Positions 54,109-62,563 of a stretch of DNA of 64,000 bases are shown one piece after another. Below the pieces are notes generated by a model. It saw only the letters and a program-made list of their open reading frames with translations, was not told where the DNA came from and did not search any database. The stretch spans positions 124,001-188,000 of IMG/VR virus record IMGVR_UViG_3300024999_000030; one strand, given 5' to 3'. A program made the position numbers and the translations under genes. The first letter of the stretch is position 1, and each line of letters starts with the position of its first letter.

Positions 54109-54768
54109 ATGGAAAAACTGATATTGCCCCTGATGAAGCCCGACCCGAAACAAATAGCAAAGGAAATGAACATAATGAACATGAAGACGGTCGGAAGCAA
54201 TTATCTTGAGAATCTCTTTCGGCCCCCAGGATATGCAAAGCTTATCATCACTGCCACCATTCAATTCATGAATACTCAATTTCCCAAGGATACTGGGCTG
54301 ATTGTTACTGGACTTAGCGGAAGTTTACTGGGATATGCCATCATGCTCTTGGGTGGTATTCCAGTAGCCTTTGTCCGTAAGGATGATGAACATTCTCATG
54401 GTGAAAGGATTGAAGGTATCCTCGCAAAGAAAGTCGTGTTCTTTGACGACTTCATTGCTAGGGGGACGACCTTTTTAAATATTCAAACGGCCATCCAGAA
54501 ACACAATCACATATTATCCAGCAAGGTTAAATTTGCTGGCTCTTTCTTCTGGTCATATTTCGATGTTATGTGTAAGGAAGAAGTTGCCAAGAACGGTCCC
54601 GTGTTTCGACTTCAGGTTGCCCGTTCTCCTGGGTCAAGTTATATCCAACGCTGGAACGATCATGACTCTAGGTGGAAGCTTCTTGAAAAATACAAGCTAG
54701 GATCCTATGACGATCCTTCTTGGAAACAACCTCCCAAGGAAATCAACTTATCTGGCGATGCTGTGTAA
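54109..54768 (+). CDS. Type I phosphoribosyltransferase (orotate PRTase-like)
   Basis: VAFVRK..HSHG..IEG and PRPP-binding VVFFDDFIARGTT. Confidence 0.75.
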   Translation: MEKLILPLMKPDPKQIAKEMNIMNMKTVGSNYLENLFRPPGYAKLIITATIQFMNTQFPKDTGLIVTGLSGSLLGYAIMLLGGIPVAFVRKDDEHSHGERIEGILAKKVVFFDDFIARGTTFLNIQTAIQKHNHILSSKVKFAGSFFWSYFDVMCKEEVAKNGPVFRLQVARSPGSSYIQRWNDHDSRWKLLEKYKLGSYDDPSWKQPPKEINLSGDAV

Positions 54769-55048
54769 TTAAACTACAACCAAGGAGGTGGGAATGAACA
54801 TAAGAAAACTGGAAGTCATCCGGCAGGTATATCGTCGGGCATTCCTGGATCAGTCTCATACCTTTAAATTGAAAGACCGGCTCCAACGCATCTCTCAATT
54901 GAACGGCAAGAATGCTGAAGGAACAACAGTCTTCTTCGTTCGGGCATTTAAGACTGGGTGTGGTGGGGGTGTTTACTACGAGATTATCAAGGAAACGGAG
55001 AACAAAGACATCCCCCATATAAACTGTCTTTCCTGAAGGGATAAGACG

Positions 55049-55258
55049 ATGGTACTGGCAGACTTCAAACCTGGCGACCGGGTTAAGGTCGTGTCGGAAG
55101 AGAACTGGGGCAACCGCAAGAACCTCGTGAATAAGACGGGGGTGGTTGTTAAGACCATGAACGTCCATAAGGATGGCGTGGTGATGGTTAACATGGACGA
55201 CAGAAGGTGGAGACAGCAGACCTTCTATCCGTCCCAACTCAGTATCGTCCAGGACTAG
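55049..55258 (+). CDS. Single KOW/SH3-like beta-barrel protein
   Basis: FKPGDRVKV....TGVVV....VMVNMD. Confidence 0.55.
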   Translation: MVLADFKPGDRVKVVSEENWGNRKNLVNKTGVVVKTMNVHKDGVVMVNMDDRRWRQQTFYPSQLSIVQD

Positions 55259-55748
55259 GAAGAGTTAACAGGTCGTGGTCAAACTCCCAGTGATGGTTTG
55301 GGCATAAGATGTGAGTGTTTTTCGGCCCATTAATTTCCCCTAGAGTCATAGGCACTGGACACTTTGATATGGCTATGATGTGAGCGACTTCAACATGCTT
55401 ACTGTAGCCACACACCTGACATCCCTTGCTTAATCTCTCTCGATTCCAGCGCCTGGCTAATCCCCTAATGCCCGAATACCTATTAGCGGGTAAACCTTTG
55501 CTTGTCTTGTGGCCATTGAGGTGTTCTTCAAGAGTAGATGACTTCAATTTTGCGGCAAGTTTATCTATCTCTTTCCTACATGGCAGGCAAAATGTTCTCC
55601 TGCTGGTACATGGTCCTCCACATTTAGCACATTTATGCTCTGGCTTGCGTTTAGGGTGGCGTAGATTGTTGTAGGTTGCGGCACAAGATTTAGAACAGAA
55701 CTTGTCATTGTCATGGGACTTTAAACACTGGGGACATTGCTTCTGCAT
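55239..55748 (-). CDS. HNH endonuclease with N-terminal Zn fingers
   Basis: FCSKSC; CQVCG...EVAHI...N...LCPNHHWEFD; RBS aaggag. Confidence 0.85.
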   Translation of the reverse strand: MQKQCPQCLKSHDNDKFCSKSCAATYNNLRHPKRKPEHKCAKCGGPCTSRRTFCLPCRKEIDKLAAKLKSSTLEEHLNGHKTSKGLPANRYSGIRGLARRWNRERLSKGCQVCGYSKHVEVAHIIAISKCPVPMTLGEINGPKNTHILCPNHHWEFDHDLLTLPSPGRY

Positions 55749-55809
55749 GTTAATCTCCTTTGAACACACTATATACTGTTTTATTAATATAGCGTGTTCA
55801 AATCTTTTT

Positions 55810-55885
55810 GGGTCGTTAGCTTAGCATTGAAAGCCATCGGCTCATAACCGATAGATCACAGGTGAGAATCCTGTACGACCCACCA
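55810..55885 (+). tRNA. tRNA with CAT anticodon (elongator Met or Ile2), atypical elbow
   Basis: Acceptor gggtcgt/acgaccc + ACCA; anticodon arm atcgg-ctcataa-ccgat; T arm acagg-tgagaat-cctgt. Confidence 0.85.
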
Positions 55886-55886
55886 T

Positions 55887-55961
55887 GGGCCCGTAACTCA
55901 ATGGTAGAGTATCGCCCTTTTAAGGCGAGAGTTGAGGGTTCGAGTCCCTCCGGGCCCACCA
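55887..55961 (+). tRNA. tRNA-Lys(TTT)
   Basis: Acceptor gggcccg/cgggccc + ACCA; tcgcc-cttttaa-ggcga; TTCGAGT. Confidence 0.95.
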
Positions 55962-55999
55962 CTTATCTTATACAGGCGAACGCCAGGAAGGAGGTAACC

Positions 56000-56380
56000 G
56001 TGCCGTGCGATTGCGGTAATTGCCATTTCGGATTCAACTGTTCCAAAGAGTGGCAGACTCTCCACCCCGGAACGACCTGGTACGCCTGCGAGTTCTGCGG
56101 ACTCTATCAGGCTTCAGCTCCCATGTGTAACAAGTGCGAGCTGCAGGAGGAAGAGACCAAGTCCGGTATGAAGAGGTACGAGTTCCAGCGGCGCTCCCCA
56201 TTCTCTGGTAAGATTCACACCATGACCATCCAGATGACGGAGCAGCAGTTCGCGGAACTCTCCCAGCCCAACGGTCGTCACATCCAGGACATCCTCCCCC
56301 ATTGCACCCCCGATGAGAGGGAGTTCATCATGACCGGTATCACTCCCGAGGAATGGGAGCAGACCTTCGGGAAGAAGTAG
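56000..56380 (+). CDS. Cys-rich N-terminus plus conserved phage domain (IQ...P...EREF..TG.T..EW)
   Basis: RBS ggaggt before GTG 56000. Confidence 0.65.
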   Translation: MPCDCGNCHFGFNCSKEWQTLHPGTTWYACEFCGLYQASAPMCNKCELQEEETKSGMKRYEFQRRSPFSGKIHTMTIQMTEQQFAELSQPNGRHIQDILPHCTPDEREFIMTGITPEEWEQTFGKK

Positions 56381-56387
56381 TTACTTT

Positions 56388-56473
56388 GCGGCTGTGGTGG
56401 AATGGCATACACTACAGACTTAAAATCTGTCGGTCGTAAGACCTTGCGGGTTCGAATCCCGCCAGCCGCACCA
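56388..56473 (+). tRNA. tRNA-Leu(TAA), long variable arm
   Basis: Acceptor gcggctg/cagccgc + ACCA; acaga-cttaaaa-tctgt; TTCGAAT. Confidence 0.95.
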
Positions 56474-56702
56474 GCCCTTCCCAGTATCTCTTTCGTCCGA
56501 ACCGATAGGATACTGTCTCTGGCATTTCCCAAGGTGGAGATGCTGTATAATCGTAAGACCCACGGTAATGTATAGAGAGGATAAGCCTACTCTATCTATT
56601 GTGGGGACGGAGTAGTACCGCATTCCAGTATTAAAATGAGTCCAGGATACTGGTCTTGCGGAAACTTAAACTGGACCAAAGATCATAGGGGTTTTACAAC
56701 AA

Positions 56703-57104
56703 ATGAATATTCTCAACCAGAAAGGCCTCGGCGTGAAGTTCGTGGTTAAATGCACCAGGAAGGCAGTCTTCATCGAGGGTTCGCCCGAGAAGTCTTCCAA
56801 GGGGCATTACAACCTCACCGTCAGCGCCGGCGCCAAGAAGTTCTCCACGACCTGCATTGGTTCGGGAGAGCTGTTCGCTAAGGCATGGGCGATGTTGGCT
56901 GCCCACTTCCCCGCCGCCTATAAGAAGGCGACGGCCATCTCCAAGCAGCAGCGCGATGAAAACCGCGCCAAGGCAAAGACCACCCGGAAGGCGAAGAAGT
57001 CCGCTGCCTCCGGCGCCGATGTCAAGACGCTGCTTCAGGCTCTTGCTCGTCAGGGTAAGGGCAAGGGTAAGGGCAACGGTAAGCTTGTTGCCCTCTTCCT
57101 GTAG
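56703..57104 (+). CDS. Highly basic Lys/Ala-rich protein, paralog 2
   Basis: Shares NIL..KGLGVK, GSPE.S.KG, GELFAK, ASG.D.K.L, GNGK..ALFL with 45089-45481. Confidence 0.8.
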   Translation: MNILNQKGLGVKFVVKCTRKAVFIEGSPEKSSKGHYNLTVSAGAKKFSTTCIGSGELFAKAWAMLAAHFPAAYKKATAISKQQRDENRAKAKTTRKAKKSAASGADVKTLLQALARQGKGKGKGNGKLVALFL

Positions 57105-57124
57105 TCGGAACTTTTAATCCGGCT

Positions 57125-57345
57125 ACCCACAATCTGAATTAACCCCCGGAGGGTCCCTGACGGGACCCTTCAATCCTGCCGGTGTCCCGTCGCTCGTGGG
57201 GCAGGGTAAGCAGACTTTATAGTTTGCAGGCGATGGGAAAGAAGTTCGGTTAGTGTCATTAGACACTAAGAAAGGTAGGTGCCGATGAAGCAGAGTTTTA
57301 AGGCTTAGTCTATTGGTAGACTATAGCCGGCACCACAGGCGATAC
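57125..57345 (+). ncRNA. Candidate structured RNA or leader
   Basis: Hairpins agggtccc/gggaccct, ttagtgtc/gacactaa, ggtgccg/cggcacc enclosing tagtcta/tagacta. Confidence 0.4.
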
Positions 57346-57384
57346 TCAACGACTTAGAGTTTTATCTCCACACAGGAGGTTACG

Positions 57385-57648
57385 ATGAGCGAAACCAAAG
57401 GTACTCTCGGTAGCGTTTTGGCAAAAGCCCTTCACAACACCCCCATCGAAGCCCGGCTCAAGGAAGAGAAGTTCAATGCTTCCCAGCGGGAATGGCTCAA
57501 GGACATCCTCATGCGCGACTTGAGGTTGGTGGAACCCAAGGTTCTGGGAGACGCCATTCATGAGGCTTCCGTCCGAATCAACAAGGGTGAAAACGAGTGG
57601 CGACTGCTCCGCGACAAAGCTGTTCGAGCACTCTCTCTTCGCAAGTAA
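57385..57648 (+). CDS. Hypothetical protein
   Basis: RBS caggagg; GC-rich codons. Confidence 0.7.
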   Translation: MSETKGTLGSVLAKALHNTPIEARLKEEKFNASQREWLKDILMRDLRLVEPKVLGDAIHEASVRINKGENEWRLLRDKAVRALSLRK

Positions 57649-57849
57649 GTTAACCTTCACTTAGTCTACTCCGGATAGGTCGGCCAGGTACATTCGCCGG
57701 GATTATCTTGGAGGTGGGGTAGGCATTGGCATAGAACTATGTGGGTGAGAACGGTCGTAAGGCCCGGAGTGACCACATATCATTAGTTATGTCATGTAAG
57801 CCCTATCCCTTTAAGGCTTTACCAGTATCAACCTTCGTAGGAGACAGAC

Positions 57850-58614
57850 ATGAGAAGGCGCAATCCTAAGGTATTAGTACTGGATGGGGAGGTTGTCGGG
57901 AGGCCCAGCGAAGTAGACTGCATGAACCACAATAGAATCGAGTGTATCAACGAGGAAAGGTTCAATGCTGACACTGACAAGATGAAGCTTCACGTTCTCA
58001 TCTATGACTTCCTTCTCAGGTGTCTCCCCATCTCTTCCAATTTCTCTCCGGTGGCCAGGCTTCTCTCTCTTTGTGGACCGGAACTCGAAGGACACCACAC
58101 CCTGTGGATGGAAGCCATTGAGAGACATAAGATGAGGTGTGTCACGCCCGCATTCATTGAGAGAAGCAGCGAGGTCATCAAAAAGAACCACCTCATCGAT
58201 AAGGCGGTTAAGTGTAAAGCCACTTTGATCGAGGGAAGCGTCGAAGACTACATCGGTTACGGGTTTAACTGCCTCGATCTGGATTACTGTGGGAACTTCA
58301 AGTCTATGGCCAAGTTCCTCTTTTCTTCTCTGAACAGGAACTTGATGCCTCCCTCTCTTACTATTCATGTTACTAGTGGATATAGGGGGAAAGATAAGGA
58401 CGGGGGAAATGGTGTGACCGCTGAGGAACGGGACGACATTATGCACCGTCTCGATAAGCTCATGTACCGCAAGTTTTACACGAAAGGCTCGGCGTGGGAA
58501 GAGCCGACGAAGGAGACGTTGGACGAGGAAAGTGGTAAGAAGGGACAGGCGATGAGATGCTTCTGTCGTTCTTATCACAGAAACTACGCTCGGATTGCTC
58601 GGGAACTTTCTTAA
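57850..58614 (+). CDS. Putative class I SAM-dependent methyltransferase-fold protein
   Basis: LLSLCGP motif I-like, acidic IE, FNCLDLDYCG motif IV-like. Confidence 0.4.
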   Translation: MRRRNPKVLVLDGEVVGRPSEVDCMNHNRIECINEERFNADTDKMKLHVLIYDFLLRCLPISSNFSPVARLLSLCGPELEGHHTLWMEAIERHKMRCVTPAFIERSSEVIKKNHLIDKAVKCKATLIEGSVEDYIGYGFNCLDLDYCGNFKSMAKFLFSSLNRNLMPPSLTIHVTSGYRGKDKDGGNGVTAEERDDIMHRLDKLMYRKFYTKGSAWEEPTKETLDEESGKKGQAMRCFCRSYHRNYARIARELS

Positions 58615-58739
58615 TCACCTATGGCCGGTATGTCCCATGGGTTGTGTCACTTATCTATTGGCAGCGAGATAGTCTATGAGCCGGTATCTTCAACGGTGGA
58701 AACACTCACGAAGACACTGGACATGATGGGGGCAGAATC

Positions 58740-61225
58740 ATGAAATTAAACCACTTCGGTCCTGTAGTTTCCAGAAAGGTCTGGGAAGCGAAGGCCGCTG
58801 GTAAGACGGAAGTCTCTCTCACGATGGAGGAACTGGAAGCCATTAGCGAGAAGATTTCCTCCTTGGACCGTACTGCCGCAACCTACTTCGACCTGCTGAG
58901 CGACGAGGACAAGAAGAAGGTATGCGGCGAGATGTTCAAGGACCCTAACTGATGGACCTTCATCCCTTTCGGACAATCTCGGCCCTGAAGAAAGAGTTAT
59001 CTGCCGAGCGTAAACTAAGGGAGGAGCGTGAGGTTCTTTACCAGGACGCTCTGAGGAATAACTACTGGCTACACAAGCAGAATGAAGCCATGGGATTGGC
59101 TCATGCTGCTAAGGTCCAGTCTCTTACGGCTGAGATTGTCTGGCTCAGTAATCAGAGTCGGGCCTATTACAAACTCTCTGAAGCATACGGCCAGAGAGTA
59201 CTTATGTTACTGGCTAAGAAGATTAACCAGTAACTCCATCATGCGGACGATCATGGAAGATACTTGGCGCATGTATTCAGGATTGCCGGTGAAGAATAGG
59301 TTTTATCCTGCGTATTCATATCACAACAAGGATAAGAGCACTCTTCACCGCCGTAAGAAGAACCGACTGGCCCAGGCTTCTCGCAAGGCCAATAGGAGAA
59401 AGTGATGGCCGAGTGCAGATATCGCCCGACTGAAAGGGCGGGGCTTTACTTCATGGTCTTCATCATCCTTCTCTACATTCTTGACTTGAGTTGGACGACA
59501 GAGAAGATGGAGAAAGACCTGGCAGCCGTAAAGGCAGCCGTCGTGAAGGCTGAAGCACCCGAAGTTAAGAAGTAACGGATGCAGTATGATTAGCATCCAA
59601 CTTCTCGGGCAGGGAGACACCATTCTCCCAACAGATTGGTGTCGGCCTTTGGACTATTTATACACTGAGTTTGGGGAACTGCACCTTACCAATGCCTACA
59701 GCGGCAAACCCATCAATCATCTTCGGTGGCTCAGGGTAAGTGATGTGCTGGGGGACTGTTGGTTTGGTAAAACGGTTGGGCAGTATCATTCCTTTCCGGG
59801 TGCTGGCTTCTTAGAATTCGTAAGAGGCCACATCCCTCCATCCCACCAGTTTGATACTTGCAGGGGGACATGATGATACTGAATGAAGACGGCCTGAAGA
59901 AACATTGGAAGGCCATTCCGAAACGGCGCAAGAAGATACTCCTGAAGTTGATGGAGGAGTACATCGACTCGAAGAACAAGTGGGCGAAGAAGGCCAGGAA
60001 AGGCCGATAGGAGACGATGGTGAAGTTCCTTCAGACCCTCGCGCTTTTTCTGAAGTATAAGGCTGAGGAACTGTGGAAACCGGTTCTCGGCTTTACGATT
60101 CTAATCCTGTTCTGCTGGGGAGACAAGTGGCTCTTCTGTGACTACCTGAACTTGACGGGAGTCGATGCGGTTGTTATTCCACTTGGCTTGCTGTTCTGGG
60201 TTTTGTGTGCCATCTGGGCCAAGACGGCATGTGTGTATCTTTACCATCGTCTGCGGTCGGATGTGTACAATTACGGTAGTGCGGACGAGTGGATGTTAAT
60301 TACTGGCATCTATGCCGGCTTTATCACCAGTGCTGTTACTTTCCCCTGGGCCGCTGAGATGGCGGATAAGGATACTGCCTTTGCCGGTCCATTTCTCGCT
60401 GGCATTCTAGCCAGTCTGCTTGTTGGTGGTGGCCTTCTACTCCTTAACATCTTCCTGGGTATCGCCGATGGTACTTGGAAGTTTATCCGCTCCAACTGGG
60501 ACCGAGCAAAGTGGGCCGTGGAACATAAGGAATATGTCAAGGAGATGGAAGAGGACGAGAAGTAACAACCACAAAGGAGAACCCCATGACTACCAAGGCG
60601 ACGCTCTGTCTCATCTGTGGTCTCCCCATCAAACAGTCGGGCAAGGATAACATCCATCCCAAGTGTCAGCCGAAGCCCGCCAAGTTGAAGAACTAGTAAC
60701 ATGAAGCGCCTGTTCAGTTATCTACAGTATCTATTCCGTAGGGAGACACTGGCACGGGAAATCCAAAGGCTTAATTCTCCCTTCATGAAGTATCGTGAAG
60801 CGGTAGACGAAGCCGAGTTTTGGATGTCGTTCTCTAAGGGGTAACTCATGGATCCAAACACCGGACAAGTTATCGTTGTATTGGCGGGGTTTGCTTTAAT
60901 TGGTTTTTGCGCATGGTTGGCATACAAAAGACAAAAACTAATTAAGTAGCCGGAGGAAAACATGAGCGGATTTAAATATGTTGTTTTCCAAATGGCAACT
61001 GAAATCGAAGAGATTACTCTCTTTGCAACCACGCTATCACACAGGGAGATGTCGCAAGCCTTCTGTTCCTATTTTCGTGGGGCAAAGCCAATCCGCGCTG
61101 GGTTCTGCGGTGTTGGTGTCGATGGTACAATGGGAGCTTATGGAGACAGTGAGTCACTAAAATTGAAGTCAGACCCCGTAGTGGACTCTAGGATGTTAAA
61201 CAACATTAACTATAGGGGTTTCTGA
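58740..61225 (+). other. Run of short hypothetical ORFs, including multi-TM protein 60017-60565
   Basis: ORF track; coupled starts. Confidence 0.55.
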
Positions 61226-62556
61226 TGGAAGAAATCAAAGTAGGGAGTCATGTTCAATTCAGGACTAAACGCCTACATGGCGTGATTGGAAAGGTTCATG
61301 CTATTTTCGATTCTTTAACCAGTGACCCACTCGCTAGAGTAGAATGGGAAGATGGTTTGGGCGGACTTTTCAAGATTAGTTCCCTTATTTTAATTCATGT
61401 AATTCCATCCATTCGTGAAGTCAAATTTAAAGTCGGGGCCAAGATTACTTGTAATGGAAGAGAGGGAACCTGGATCGACGGCCTGAAGAATAAAGTTGGA
61501 AGGGTTGTGGGTGGCGGAATCAATGGAAAAAATAATGTCTTAGTTGATTTCGATGAGATGGGCCGATGGTGGGTAGACTTAGATGGGCTTACCCTAGTCG
61601 AAGATCCACCTGAAGAAACTTACCAATTCAAATGCGGCGACTGCGTTAAACTTAAAGGCGGAAGCCGGATAACTGGAAAGGTTATGGGTCTTAACGACTG
61701 TGGCCCCACCGTCAAATGGCCCAATGGTACAGAAAGTCTGTGCCCATCTAGTCTTTTGACTCTCGTCATCATCTCTAAGTTTAATGTCGGGGATGCCGTT
61801 ATGACCCACAATGGTTATACTGGCAAGGTGGTGAGGGTCTATGTTTCATTTGACAATCACGCTGTCAAATATTTGGTTCGGTGGGATTGGTCTGGTAAGG
61901 AAGGTTGGAGAAACGAAGACACCATTTCTCAATCCAATCGTTTTTCACTTCACTCTATTGTTCCCATCTTTGGGCAAATCGTTCAACATGCCAATGGAAA
62001 ATTTGGGAGAATCAAAAGTCACAGGAGGGTCCCACAGCTGGGATGTGAGAATGGTAAGGTTCAGTATCAAGTATACTGGCCTCGCCTAGCTGAGACCTCC
62101 TGGTGGGATCCTGACGACCTTAAATCAGCTCACGAGTGGAAACACAAAAGGATGTTCATCTTGTGTGACCGAGTTTCGGACTGGCGAGGCAACTTGGGTA
62201 CGATTGTTAGAATTAACAATCCTTCCCAAACCACAACTCAAGATAATTCAGATCAAATTCTTACCGTCTTATGGGACGATGGTACGAAAAATCTTATTGC
62301 CCCCTGGCACATCCAACTCACAAGCCTTCCTTCTAAAGGAGATAACATGAACCCGAAAGATACCGATTCTTCCTCTTCAAATAGTACAACCCCCACCGCC
62401 CATTTAGTTTATGGGAATGGCAAATCCTACTTCTTCTTAACCGAAGCTGCTGCGAGAGTCTTTGCTGAAAAACAAACCGCTGAAACTGGGGTTGATCATC
62501 TTCTCTTTGAGAAAAAAGCCAAGTGTTCTCCCCACAGAAATGTAGCCTGGGAATAG
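61225..62556 (+). CDS. Protein of ~6 tandem KOW/SH3-like repeats
   Basis: Repeated F(K/N)xG(D/A/S)xV...G(K/R)V...V.(W/F)D units. Confidence 0.7.
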   Translation: MEEIKVGSHVQFRTKRLHGVIGKVHAIFDSLTSDPLARVEWEDGLGGLFKISSLILIHVIPSIREVKFKVGAKITCNGREGTWIDGLKNKVGRVVGGGINGKNNVLVDFDEMGRWWVDLDGLTLVEDPPEETYQFKCGDCVKLKGGSRITGKVMGLNDCGPTVKWPNGTESLCPSSLLTLVIISKFNVGDAVMTHNGYTGKVVRVYVSFDNHAVKYLVRWDWSGKEGWRNEDTISQSNRFSLHSIVPIFGQIVQHANGKFGRIKSHRRVPQLGCENGKVQYQVYWPRLAETSWWDPDDLKSAHEWKHKRMFILCDRVSDWRGNLGTIVRINNPSQTTTQDNSDQILTVLWDDGTKNLIAPWHIQLTSLPSKGDNMNPKDTDSSSSNSTTPTAHLVYGNGKSYFFLTEAAARVFAEKQTAETGVDHLLFEKKAKCSPHRNVAWE

Positions 62557-62563
62557 AAGACCA

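Larger units (their letters stand above)
44760..57829. promoter_or_regulatory. Field of ~25 CCAGTATC/GATACTGG octamers, often as inverted pairs
   Basis: Counted by eye; see findings. Confidence 0.75.

Noticed and set aside
55862-55999. N-terminal extension of ORF 55862-56380
   Set aside because: It overlaps two tRNAs; the real start is GTG 56000 with an RBS
57278-57334. Hammerhead ribozyme (ccgatga)
   Set aside because: CUGANGA core imperfect and no correctly placed GAAA/UH
44760-57829. Octamer as a Chi-like recombination site
   Set aside because: It occurs in both orientations and in inverted pairs, and is mostly intergenic and locally clustered; Chi sites are polarised and dispersed
57874-58578. 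234-aa minus-strand ORF, and similar ones at 45083-45376, 54743-55237, 16509-16937, 3536-3910
   Set aside because: Antisense shadows of well-supported + strand genes, with no RBS or motifs
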